Source of the DNA: Candidatus Electrothrix sp. GW3-4
GTDB taxonomy: Bacteria; Desulfobacterota; Desulfobulbia; Desulfobulbales; Desulfobulbaceae
NCBI RefSeq assembly: GCF_037902255.1
Contig: NZ_CP147990.1
Coordinates: 3,510,001-3,542,000, forward strand
Direction of reading: 5' to 3'
Length of the DNA: 32,000 nt
Part shown: piece by piece, positions 1 through 8,505 of the stretch
Layout: every line of letters begins with the position of its first letter
Numbering within the stretch: position 1 is the first letter of the stretch
Position numbers and translations under genes: made by a program
The notes under the pieces: generated by a model
Databases searched by the model: none
Told to the model about the DNA's origin: nothing
The model's input: the letters and a program-made list of their open reading frames with translations, nothing else

Positions 1-506
1 TTGAGCTCTTCAAGGTAGCGGGCGTTCTCCTCTTCCCGATATTTTTCCTGCGTAATATCAAGAAAGGACACGATATAGTCAGTCACCTCTCCCAGGCTAT
101 CTTTCACTGTGCTGACATGCAGTCTGCTCACATAGATGGCGCCGCTTTTACTGACGTCCTTCAATTCTCCTCGCCAATGCTCCTGCTCTTGCAGACTATC
201 AAGGACCTGCTGGGCAAAGGCCTCATCTTCCAGCCAGGAAAGCTTCCTGCCCACCACCTCATCGGGCTGGTAACCGGTTATCCGGGTAAAGGCACGATTC
301 ACCCGCAGGACGCGGAAGGCAGCGTCCGTGATAATGGTTCCCTCAACGCTACTGGCAAAGACCTCAGCTGTAAGCCGCAGCTCTTGCCGAATCTTGTCCA
401 GCTCATCCTGTAAGCGAAGCACCTTACGGTCAAGACGATGGACCTGCTCACGATAATCATCGCATTCAGGGCTGAGTTTTTTGATTTTCTTCCTGATATC
501 AGACAA
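1..506 (-). CDS. PAS-domain sensor protein, partial (3' end runs off the window; start uncertain)
   Basis: A minus-strand frame not in the ORF track reads ...ELRLTAEVFASSVEGTIITDAAFRVLRVNRAFTRITGYQPDEVVGRKLSWLEDEAFAQQVLDSLQEQEHWRGELKDVSKSGAIYVSRLHVSTVKDSLGEVTDYIVSFLDITQEKYREEENARYLEEL. This is a typical PAS fold signature preceded by a coiled-coil. No in-frame ATG exists. The only candidate start is TTG at 506, and an in-frame TGA lies just upstream, so the gene may be 5'-truncated. Confidence 0.6.
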   Translation of the reverse strand, partial: MSDIRKKIKKLSPECDDYREQVHRLDRKVLRLQDELDKIRQELRLTAEVFASSVEGTIITDAAFRVLRVNRAFTRITGYQPDEVVGRKLSWLEDEAFAQQVLDSLQEQEHWRGELKDVSKSGAIYVSRLHVSTVKDSLGEVTDYIVSFLDITQEKYREEENARYLEEL

Positions 507-707
507 AATGAGCAGCTCCGTCCCAACGGGCGGTGGTCAATATGATAGGCAACAGTCAGCGCGGGCTATCAGCCCCCCGGCACCTCGCAATACATTTTCT
601 TCCATAACAGCAGCAACCAAGGGACTAATTATCTTATTCTAGCATATCATTTCATGACTTCGCCAGTTTAAAGCGCGTTGGGGTTCGTCCCTGTTTTTTA
701 GCAATGA

Positions 708-851
708 AAGGCCCAGCACAGAGGTCTTCCGCAGAATTGCCCTGCTGGGCTTATCGTGGCTGAGGGATGGTTGAAAACCCCGGCAATTCGTGCTGAAATC
801 GAATTAGATGAATGGGTGGTGATGCCCAATCATTTTCACGGGATTGCGGTG
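708..851 (+). pseudogene. Remnant of a REP-associated tyrosine transposase (RayT / IS200-Y1-like); internal fragment only
   Basis: The frame reads ...CPAGLIVAEGWLKTPAIRAEIELDEWVVMPNHFHGIAV. The block LDE.VVMPNH.HGI is the recalled core motif of RayT/transposase_17 proteins. The N-terminal ~50 aa and the C-terminal catalytic Tyr region are absent, and the rest of the 94-aa track ORF is low-complexity. Confidence 0.55.
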
Positions 852-942
852 AGTAGGGATATGGGAGCGACAAATCGGCATGGTGCGAAAAAGCAAAATA
901 CGGGGTTCACCGTCGGGCCGATGACCGACCGGGCGAACGATG

Positions 943-1152
943 TTCCTGGCGATTTAACGGGCGACCGCCGTACTCAAACAACATCTGGTTCAGGGGTACA
1001 CCTTGCATCAAAAACGGCTGGCGGAAAAGGGTGCTGCTGAGATCAGGCAGGTGCTGGACTTATTGAGCAACACCTTGGAAAACCACGATCTGGTCAGCGA
1101 TGACGGCAGGATACCTGAGCTGACAGAAGTACGGGAGGCGGGCGCTCCCTGA
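943..1152 (+). pseudogene. C-terminal remnant of a RhuM-like (virulence protein RhuM family) gene with an in-frame stop
   Basis: The frame reads FLAI*RATAVLKQHLVQGYTLHQKRLAEKGAAEIRQVLDLLSNTLENHDLVSDDGRIPELTEVREAGAP*. The segment WAT..LK.HLV.GYTL..KRL is recalled from RhuM-family C-terminal halves. There is no start codon, and a TAA sits at 955-957. Confidence 0.4.
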
Positions 1153-1186
1153 TGATCAAGCCTTGGTCGCCTCCAGCGCACCGGAG

Positions 1187-1232
1187 CAAAAAGACCTGCT
1201 TATCCGCTTGGCGGTTAATCTGATAAGCGTCT
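1187..1232 (-). terminator. Rho-independent terminator candidate downstream of the transglycosylase gene
   Basis: The minus strand reads AGACGCTTATC-loop-GATAAGCAGGTCTTTTTG. The stems are GCTTATC (1198-1204) / GATAAGC (1222-1228), extended by AGAC/GTCT, and are followed by a T-run. Confidence 0.6.
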
Positions 1233-1252
1233 GAAACCGCCCTGCGGACAGC

Positions 1253-2500
1253 CTACTGCGTTCGCAAAGCCTCCAACACCGCCCGGGTCGGTTCCCCGTC
1301 AGAAGCCATCCCCGCCGTGCGCTGAAAGGCCTTAATCCCCTTACGGGTTCCTGCTCCGAGATCACCATCAATGGCCCCATCATAGAAGCCCTTTGCCTGC
1401 AATAACTCCTGCAACTGGAATTTTTCCTCGGCAAAAAGGGCATTAGCTGGCCTGGGCCAAAGCTGCACCATCCCGTCCTTGCCAGCCAACCGGTCAGCAA
1501 GCAGGCTCACGGCCAAGGCATAAAAATCCGAATTATTATAGCGCTTGATGATAAAGAAATTGCGTTGGCAAAGAAAACCAGGACCTTGATCACCAGCCAG
1601 CATCTTTAACTCCGCCCGGATCCCGGGTTCAGGGAAACGCCTGCCGTCAGGACGGCTAAATCCGAGCTGCTGCCACTGGCCCAGGGTCTTGGTCTGGCCC
1701 TGATAACGGGCCCCGTCCTTGGGCACCCGCACTTCATAGCCCCAGGCCTTGCCGGTTTGCCAGCCGTTTTTATGGAGGAGATTTGCTGCGGTGGCCAGGG
1801 CATCGGGCACCGAGTTCCAGATATCCCGCCGCCCGTCCTTATCCATGTCCACTCCATAGGCCTGATAACTGGTAGGGATGAACTGGGTATGGCCCATAGC
1901 CCCGGCCCAGGAGCCATAGAGCTGAGATAACCCTACATCACCATCCCGGACGATCTGGAGGGCCGCTATCAGCTGTTGCTCGGCAAAGCCACGACGATTT
2001 GTATCCCCATAGGCCAGGGTAGCCAGAGCCTGGGGCACGTAGTGAAGGCGTCCTGGCCGTTTCAGTACCGAACCGTAGCGGCTTTCCATGGACCAGATAG
2101 CCAGCAACACTGGCGCCTCTACCCCGAAGCGGGCCGTGATCTTCGCCAGCCAGGCCCGATGTTTTTTCGCCATTACCCGCCCTTCTGCCACGCTCACCGC
2201 ATTTACCGCTGTATCCAGGTAATCCCAGATCTCGGTGGTAAATTCCGGCTGAAAGGCCGCCTTGCGCAGGACCTCCGTATCCGGTGCGGTTATGCCAGCA
2301 AAGGCCTGTTGATAGAGCTCTCTGCTGATCCCTTGCTTGGCCGCACGGGGATAAAAGGCCTTGATCCAGGCCTGAAAGGCCGGGACTGTTACTGTCTCTT
2401 TGCCATTGACCGGGCTGACCATCCAGCTGCAACACAGCAAAAGCAGGACAATACCTGGGAGAATTCTGTGCGTTGTGTACATCATTGCCTGTTTCATCAT
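1253..2500 (-). CDS. mltB: Lytic murein transglycosylase (MltB/SLT_2 family) with C-terminal peptidoglycan-binding domain
   Basis: 415 aa. It has an N-terminal signal peptide (ILPGIVLLLLCCSWMVSPVNG). SLT_2 motifs are present: AIWSMESRYG and MGHTQFIPTSY. The C-terminus LQELLQAKGFYDGAIDGDLGAGTRKGIKAFQRTAGMASDGEPT matches PG_binding_1. Confidence 0.9.
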   Translation of the reverse strand: MMKQAMMYTTHRILPGIVLLLLCCSWMVSPVNGKETVTVPAFQAWIKAFYPRAAKQGISRELYQQAFAGITAPDTEVLRKAAFQPEFTTEIWDYLDTAVNAVSVAEGRVMAKKHRAWLAKITARFGVEAPVLLAIWSMESRYGSVLKRPGRLHYVPQALATLAYGDTNRRGFAEQQLIAALQIVRDGDVGLSQLYGSWAGAMGHTQFIPTSYQAYGVDMDKDGRRDIWNSVPDALATAANLLHKNGWQTGKAWGYEVRVPKDGARYQGQTKTLGQWQQLGFSRPDGRRFPEPGIRAELKMLAGDQGPGFLCQRNFFIIKRYNNSDFYALAVSLLADRLAGKDGMVQLWPRPANALFAEEKFQLQELLQAKGFYDGAIDGDLGAGTRKGIKAFQRTAGMASDGEPTRAVLEALRTQ

Positions 2501-2676
2501 ATAGTTTTTTTATATGAAAGTGGCCAGCGAAGCCGACCAGGCTTTCCTTCTTTCATGCTTTGTTCTCCCTCCCTGAAGGGGAGGGAGGTATTATATGAAA
2601 ATACCGGTGCCCCCCTGGAGTCGCCTGACTCGACTTGCATGTTTTGTTGTCCCGGCCTCCTGGGCCGGGATGAGGG

Positions 2677-3579
2677 TTAGGCAAATTCAAGGATCACCTG
2701 ATCAACGGTCAGGCAATCTCCCAGGTGAGCAGCAATACTTGCTATCTTGCCATCTGCTGGTGCCCGGAGGACGTTTTCCATCTTCATAGCCTCAATGACC
2801 GCCAGTTCCTGGCCAACCTTGACCTCCTGCCCGGCCTGGACAGCAAGTTTCACCAGCAGGCCCGGCATGGGGGCAAGGAGAAATTTGGACAGATCGACAT
2901 CTCCCTTGATGGGCATAATCCGATACAGCTCAGCCACTCTCGGGGGCATCACCAAGGCATCGATTCGTAATCCACGATAGAGGATGGTATAACCGAGCCC
3001 TTGCCTGCTGACCTGGAGACAGAAGCGCTGATTATTGATGGTACCATGGAAGACCTTCTGGGAAAACTGCCAGTCTGTCTTCACCCGATAGTTCTTGCCC
3101 TTATAATCCACCCGATATCCGCAATCCGCCTGAAAGGGTTTCACAGAAAGGGGCTTATGGATGTCTCCAATGATCACGACCCAGGAATCGCCCACCCGGC
3201 GTTCATGGCCAGCCATTTGACCACTGATCTTGGCGGCCCTGTCCATGTACAGGCGGTGGATAATACCTGCCACCACAATGGGAACATCCGGATCATCCAC
3301 CTTGATCGCAGTATCACGGAAGCCCTGGCCAAATTCCTCATCAATAAACCCTGTGGAAAGCTCCCCCTGTTGGAACCTGGGGTGGGCAACCAAGGCGGAC
3401 AGAAAGTTGATGTTGGTAGACAGGCCCCGAATAACGTACTCGTCCAGGGCATCCTGCATAGCCGCGATCGCCTCATCCCGGCCCTCCCCCTTGGTCACCA
3501 GTTTGGAAATCAGGGGATCATAATAGACCGAGATTTCACTCCCCTCAACCACCCCGCTGTCCAGGCGAACCGTTTCCAT
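2677..3579 (-). CDS. Acetyl/propionyl-CoA carboxylase alpha subunit, C-terminal part (BC C-terminal region + biotinyl carrier domain); 3' portion of a frameshifted gene
   Basis: The track ORF reads [29 protein letters not shown]...[30 protein letters not shown] and ends with the biotin attachment motif EAMKMEN. It overlaps, and continues in the -1 frame, the ORF 3510..4670. Confidence 0.85.
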   Translation of the reverse strand: METVRLDSGVVEGSEISVYYDPLISKLVTKGEGRDEAIAAMQDALDEYVIRGLSTNINFLSALVAHPRFQQGELSTGFIDEEFGQGFRDTAIKVDDPDVPIVVAGIIHRLYMDRAAKISGQMAGHERRVGDSWVVIIGDIHKPLSVKPFQADCGYRVDYKGKNYRVKTDWQFSQKVFHGTINNQRFCLQVSRQGLGYTILYRGLRIDALVMPPRVAELYRIMPIKGDVDLSKFLLAPMPGLLVKLAVQAGQEVKVGQELAVIEAMKMENVLRAPADGKIASIAAHLGDCLTVDQVILEFA

Positions 3580-4670
3580 ATCTTCATAGGGCGGTTGATA
3601 CAGGGTAATTCGGCCAGTGGACGGAAAAAATCACGAACCGGATCTTCCGCATAGACCCGGCACTCAAGGGCCCACCCCTTGAGCTGGATATCTTCCTGGC
3701 CCATGGGCAGGGGCTCGCCTGCGGCAACCCGGATCATCAGCTCCACCAAGTCATAGCCGGTCACCATCTCGGTTATCGGATGCTCCACCTGAAGACGGGT
3801 ATTCATCTCCAGAAAATAAAAATTCTGCTCCTGGTCGACAATACATTCCACAGTCCCGGCAGAGGTATACTGCACGGCCCTGGCCAACATGACGGCCTGT
3901 TCTCCCATCTGATGACGGGTCTCTGGAGTAAGAAAGGGCGACGGGGCCTCTTCAATGACCTTTTGGTGGCGCCGTTGCAGGGAACATTCCCGCTCACCAA
4001 GGTAGACCACATTGCCGTGCTGATCCGCCATCACCTGGATCTCGATATGACGAGGCTGCTCAATATATTTTTCAATCAGGATACGGTCATCGCCAAAGCT
4101 GGACAGGGCCTCACCAGCTGCCCGCTCAAATCCGTCCCGGCATTCCTGTTCATTGCGGGCAATCCGCATCCCCTTGCCTCCGCCCCCGGCACTTGCCTTG
4201 AGCATGACCGGGTAGCCGATCTCAGCCGCCTTTTCCACGGCCTGATCAGCATGTTCCAGGATACCGTCATAACCAGGTATGGTATTGACCCCTGCCTGTT
4301 CTGCAATCTGCTTGGAGGTGATCTTATCCCCCATACTGGTGATAGCCCCGACCGGCGGCCCTATAAAAACGATCCCCTCTTCTCCCAAGCGCTGGCAGAA
4401 GGTGTCATTTTCAGAGAGAAAACCGTATCCTGGATGCACAGCCTCGGCACCGGTGCGTTGACAGGCAACAATGATCTTTTCAACGTCCAGGTAGCTCTTT
4501 GTGGGCGCTGACGCGCCTATATTGACGGCCTCATCAGCCATCCGAACATGAAGGGCAGATCGATCAGCATCGGAAAATACAGCAACAGTTTTGATGCCCA
4601 TTGCCCGTGCTGTCCTCATGATCCGACAGGCAATTTCACCCCGATTTGCTATAAGAATTTTATTAAACAT
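3510..4670 (-). CDS. Acetyl/propionyl-CoA carboxylase alpha subunit, N-terminal part (biotin carboxylase ATP-grasp); 5' portion of a frameshifted gene
   Basis: [49 protein letters not shown]..., [12 protein letters not shown] and [14 protein letters not shown] are classic biotin carboxylase motifs. Homology is lost after ...[12 protein letters not shown] at the T6 run (A6 at 3625-3630 on the + strand). Confidence 0.9.
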   Translation of the reverse strand: MFNKILIANRGEIACRIMRTARAMGIKTVAVFSDADRSALHVRMADEAVNIGASAPTKSYLDVEKIIVACQRTGAEAVHPGYGFLSENDTFCQRLGEEGIVFIGPPVGAITSMGDKITSKQIAEQAGVNTIPGYDGILEHADQAVEKAAEIGYPVMLKASAGGGGKGMRIARNEQECRDGFERAAGEALSSFGDDRILIEKYIEQPRHIEIQVMADQHGNVVYLGERECSLQRRHQKVIEEAPSPFLTPETRHQMGEQAVMLARAVQYTSAGTVECIVDQEQNFYFLEMNTRLQVEHPITEMVTGYDLVELMIRVAAGEPLPMGQEDIQLKGWALECRVYAEDPVRDFFRPLAELPCINRPMKIWKRFAWTAGWLRGVKSRSIMIP

Positions 4671-5214
4671 GCGGTGTTCTATTTCAGGTTAAAGACACGT
4701 ACTTGTCGACTTGTCATTCTGGAAAAACGCAGAGCAGGCCCTGTACTGACAGGATCTTTCTGGTTAAAAGTGGATTCTACAACGGAGTCAGTTTTTCCGT
4801 TATGCCTTTCTTATCACGTTCCTGTTCATTGTTCAAAACCATTTGCCGCTCTGTAGTTAGATAATATGCACGCAACAGCTCTGGGGCGACCAAAACGCCT
4901 CGTCAACGCACTTAAACGACAACAAACAATTCAAGCAAAATATTAAAAGGTTACCTTACCAACAGAAACCTTTACCATACTATGTATTCGTCTCGATACA
5001 TGAGGGAAGCAACTACATTGTTTTTTCCCTGTACATCGATTTTCGATTGTAATAAATGCTTTTATACCATATATAGAACTCTAATTCAGAGCATCATACT
5101 TCCATTTGTTAAAATGTCCACACGCAATGAGCGGACAGAGACAAGTCTCATCTGACAGCACCACCAAGACTGAATCAGGACTATCTTACGGACAAAAAAA
5201 GGAGAGAATTTAAT

Positions 5215-6435
5215 ATGAAACTTGGAATCAACGGCCTCGGAAGAATCGGTAAACTCTCACTCTGGCATCATGTTTCCCGACAGTTTTTTTCAGAGATTGT
5301 TGTCAACCTCGGACGTCAGGTCGGCAGCGGCCTGGAAGACATCGCCGCAACCATTGAAAAGGATTCCTCCTACGGCCGACTGTCCACCTATCTCCACGGC
5401 CATAAGGGCGGTCGGGTTATTGAGAACCTGAACGAAGCTGCGGGAACCATGACCGTCAACGGGGTGCCGGTGACGATACTGCGGGAAGCCCGTAACCCCA
5501 AGGATATTCAATGGCAGGAAAACAACGTACGCATGGTGGTGGACACCACGGGCGTGTTTAAAGATCCCACTGCTGACGCGGATGAAAAATACGGTTCTGT
5601 CCGCGGCCATCTCCAGGCCGGAGCAGAAAAAGTCATGGTCTCTGCCCCCTTTAAGGTCAAATCCAAGGGAATCGACATGCCCGAGGATGCAGTCACCACG
5701 GTCATGGGGATTAATGACGACGATTATAAGCCAGAGCAGCACTCTATCATCTCGGCAGCCTCCTGCACCACCACCTGTCTGTCCTACATGATCAAGCCGC
5801 TCATGGATCATTTTGGCGCTGACCGGATGTTGACCGCCTCTATGGTCACAGTGCATGCGGCCACAGGCAGCCAGAAAGTCCTGGATGCCGTACCCGGAGC
5901 CGGGGCCACTGACCTGCGTAAGAACCGCTCCATTCTCAACAATATCATCCTGACCACCACCGGCGCAGCCAAGGCCCTGGGCCTGGTTATCCCGGAGATG
6001 AAAGGGATCGGTTTTATTGCCGAGTCTGTTCGAGTGCCGACCTCAACAGGCTCCCTGATTGTGCTGGTCCTCAACCTCCAGGATGAGCTGGAAAACCCGG
6101 TGAAGCGCGACCTGATCAACAGCATCTACAAAGATTACGCGGAATCCACCCCCTATCTCAGGTATTCTGCGGGCCAGAATGTCTCCACCGACATTATCGG
6201 CACCCCAGAGGCTGCCGCAGTTATCGAATCCACTGAGACCCATACCCGGACCGCCTCCCTGAAGGTCAACCTGGAGCATCTGAAGAGCTGCAACTTTGAG
6301 CCGGGTCAGGTGCCGCCGGTCCTGGAGGTCCCTGTCACCCAGGCGGTCATCTACGGTTGGTATGATAATGAGCTGGGTAGCTACACCAATATGCTCGGCG
6401 ACCTGACCGTCTCTGTGGCCGAACGGATGGTGTAA
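5215..6435 (+). CDS. gap: Glyceraldehyde-3-phosphate dehydrogenase, divergent long form (406 aa)
   Basis: It has the N-terminal Rossmann motif MKLGINGLGRIGK, the catalytic Cys motif ASCTTTCL, TVHAAT, TTTGAAKA and the C-terminal WYDNELGY-like motif (GWYDNELGSY). A strong SD (aaggagag) lies upstream. It is the first gene of a gap-pgk-tpiA cluster. Confidence 0.9.
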   Translation: MKLGINGLGRIGKLSLWHHVSRQFFSEIVVNLGRQVGSGLEDIAATIEKDSSYGRLSTYLHGHKGGRVIENLNEAAGTMTVNGVPVTILREARNPKDIQWQENNVRMVVDTTGVFKDPTADADEKYGSVRGHLQAGAEKVMVSAPFKVKSKGIDMPEDAVTTVMGINDDDYKPEQHSIISAASCTTTCLSYMIKPLMDHFGADRMLTASMVTVHAATGSQKVLDAVPGAGATDLRKNRSILNNIILTTTGAAKALGLVIPEMKGIGFIAESVRVPTSTGSLIVLVLNLQDELENPVKRDLINSIYKDYAESTPYLRYSAGQNVSTDIIGTPEAAAVIESTETHTRTASLKVNLEHLKSCNFEPGQVPPVLEVPVTQAVIYGWYDNELGSYTNMLGDLTVSVAERMV

Positions 6436-6437
6436 CA

Positions 6438-6465
6438 GTAGGGACACGGCATGCCGTGTCCCTAC
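6438..6465 (+). repeat. REP-like perfect 28-nt palindrome with GTAG head (also a likely gap terminator hairpin)
   Basis: gtagggacacggcatgccgtgtccctac starts 3 nt after the gap stop codon and is perfectly self-complementary. Confidence 0.7.
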
Positions 6466-6481
6466 CGGAAACCGCAATACT

Positions 6482-6507
6482 GGGCAGGCACAGGGGCCCG
6501 CCCCTAC
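6482..6507 (-). repeat. REP-like GC-rich palindromic unit in inverted orientation to the previous one
   Basis: The minus strand reads gtaggggcgggcccctgtgcctgccc. It shares the GTAGGGGC head and has an internal GGGGC/GCCCC stem. Together with 6438-6465 it forms an inverted REP doublet in the gap-pgk spacer. Confidence 0.5.
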
Positions 6508-6534
6508 AGCGAACTTATTTCTTGAAAGATTCTC

Positions 6535-7713
6535 ATGAAAACAATTCGTGATCTTGATATTAGCGGAAAACGAGTTTTGATCCGGGTGGATTTCAACGTG
6601 CCCATGAATGAGCAGGGCGAAATCACCGATGACCTGCGCATCCGCACCGTTCTCCCCACTATCCAATACGCCCTGGAACAGGGGGCCAAGATCATCCTTG
6701 CCTCCCACATGGGACGTCCCAAAGGACAGCGGGTGGAAAAATTCTCGTTGGCACCGGTTGCCAAATACCTGTCCGGTATTCTCGACAAATCGGTACAGAT
6801 GGCCCAGGACTGCGTGGGCCCGGAAGCGGAAAAGGCCGTCGCTGCCATGAACAATGGCGATATTGTTCTCCTGGAGAATCTTCGTTTCCACGCTGAAGAG
6901 CAGGCCAATGATCCAGCCTTTGCCCAACAGCTCGCAGCATTAACAGATGTCTATGTCAACGATGCCTTTGCCGTCTCTCATCGGGCTCATGCCTCGGTCG
7001 CCGGAGTAACTGCGCAGGTAAAGGAAAAGGCAGCCGGGCTGCTGCTGGACAAGGAGATGTCCTTTTTCCATCGTTCCGTGGATGCCCCCCAGCGCCCTCT
7101 GGTCGCTATTGTGGGTGGAGCTAAGGTCTCGGGCAAACTGGAGGCCCTGACCAATATGCTGAACAAGGTAGACTGCCTGCTCATCGGCGGGGCTATGGCC
7201 AATACCTTTCTCAAGAGTCAAGGATATTCTGTAGGCACCTCCAAGGTGGAGGATGACCTGCTGGACAATGCCCGTCAGCTCTTGATTGATGCCAAGGAAA
7301 AGGGCGTAAAGATCTACCTGCCTGTGGATGTGATTGCTGCGGATCGGTTTGCCCCGGATGCGGTGTGCAAGCAGGTCACGATCCAGGATATCCCGGATAA
7401 CTGGATGGCCCTGGATATTGGGCCAGCTTCGGTGCTCTGCTTTTCCGAGGTGCTGGCCGATGCCCGGACCATCATCTGGAATGGTCCTATGGGGGCCTTT
7501 GAGATGGACGCCTATGCCAGAGGCACCATGGCCCTGGCCCATACCGTGGCCTCGGCCCATGCCCTGAGCATCACCGGTGGCGGGGACTCCAATGCCGCTG
7601 TCCGGCTGTCCGGCGAGGCAGACAATATTTCCTATATGTCCACCGGTGGCGGGGCCTTTCTCATGCTTATGGAAGGCAAAGACCTGCCCGGCGTGACGGC
7701 ACTGGAAGGATAA
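6535..7713 (+). CDS. pgk: Phosphoglycerate kinase
   Basis: 392 aa. Full-length PGK signature: MKTIRDLDISGKRVLIRVDFNVP...ASHMGRPKG...FLMLMEGKDLPGVTAL. Confidence 0.97.
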   Translation: MKTIRDLDISGKRVLIRVDFNVPMNEQGEITDDLRIRTVLPTIQYALEQGAKIILASHMGRPKGQRVEKFSLAPVAKYLSGILDKSVQMAQDCVGPEAEKAVAAMNNGDIVLLENLRFHAEEQANDPAFAQQLAALTDVYVNDAFAVSHRAHASVAGVTAQVKEKAAGLLLDKEMSFFHRSVDAPQRPLVAIVGGAKVSGKLEALTNMLNKVDCLLIGGAMANTFLKSQGYSVGTSKVEDDLLDNARQLLIDAKEKGVKIYLPVDVIAADRFAPDAVCKQVTIQDIPDNWMALDIGPASVLCFSEVLADARTIIWNGPMGAFEMDAYARGTMALAHTVASAHALSITGGGDSNAAVRLSGEADNISYMSTGGGAFLMLMEGKDLPGVTALEG

Positions 7714-7749
7714 GGCAAACCTGTTGAACTTTCTTCGGAGGAGCATATC

Positions 7750-8505
7750 ATGACACGAACACCGTTAATTGCCGGGAATTGGAAGATGCACCTGACCCGA
7801 CCTGAGGCTGTAGAACTGGCCAAGGCGGTTGCTGGGGCCAGCAAGGGATTGACCGACCGGGAGGTGATGATCGCCCCTGCCTATCTCTCCTTGGCTGCAG
7901 TCAAAGAGGCTGTGACTGGCAGCCCTGTACGAGTGGCAGCACAAAACGTTGCCTGGGAGAAACAAGGCGCCTTTACCGGTGAAATCTCACCGCCCATGCT
8001 CCAGGATGTGGGGGTTGACATGGTCATTCTCGGTCATTCCGAGCGTCGCCATGTCTTTGGCGAAAAGAACGCTATGATCAATCAGCGCCTGGTCGGTGCC
8101 CTGCGCTTCGGCCTGACACCCATTCTCTGCGTCGGCGAGACCCTGGATGAGCGGGAACAGGGCAATACCTTCAAGGTGGTTGCAGAACAACTCAGCCAAG
8201 GTCTGCAAGACGTACAGGCAGAGCAGATGCAGCAGGTAGTGGTGGCCTATGAGCCGGTTTGGGCCATTGGAACCGGAAAAACCGCGACCAAGGAGCAGGC
8301 CCAGGAGGTACATGCCTTTATTCGTACTGCTCTTGAAGATTTATACAAAAAAACACTTGCCGACTCTGTCAGGATATTGTATGGTGGCTCGGTCAAACCT
8401 GAAAATATTGACAGCCTCATGGCTCAAGCTGATGTTGACGGCGCTCTGGTGGGCGGCGCAGCCTTACAGGCCGAGTCATTTGCAAGGATAATTAATTTTA
8501 CATGA
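7750..8505 (+). CDS. tpiA: Triosephosphate isomerase
   Basis: 251 aa. Motifs present: IAGNWKMH, ILGHSERR, AYEPVWAIGTGKTAT and ILYGGSV. The SD is ggaggag. Confidence 0.97.
   Translation: MTRTPLIAGNWKMHLTRPEAVELAKAVAGASKGLTDREVMIAPAYLSLAAVKEAVTGSPVRVAAQNVAWEKQGAFTGEISPPMLQDVGVDMVILGHSERRHVFGEKNAMINQRLVGALRFGLTPILCVGETLDEREQGNTFKVVAEQLSQGLQDVQAEQMQQVVVAYEPVWAIGTGKTATKEQAQEVHAFIRTALEDLYKKTLADSVRILYGGSVKPENIDSLMAQADVDGALVGGAALQAESFARIINFT

Noticed and set aside
2565-2670. Two GC hairpins (CTCCCTCCC/GGGAGGGAG at 2565-2587 and TCCCGGCC/GGCCGGGA at 2650-2670) considered as terminators of the carboxylase gene
   Set aside because: Neither is followed by a U-tract in the minus-strand direction, so they are not called as intrinsic terminators. 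They may still be structural.
1976-4511. Plus-strand ORFs 1976..2680, 3001..3654 and 3780..4511 (217-243 aa)
   Set aside because: All are antisense to the transglycosylase or carboxylase genes, which have strong family motifs. No independent support was found.
6043-6927. 294-aa minus-strand ORF spanning the gap 3' end, the spacer and the pgk 5' end
   Set aside because: It is antisense to two unambiguous glycolytic genes. It reads through the REP palindromes (giving VGAGPCACP and VGTRHAVSL) and has no motif of its own. It is a shadow ORF.
6940-7746. 268-aa minus-strand ORF
   Set aside because: It is antisense to pgk. Its composition is Gly/His/Arg-rich low complexity.
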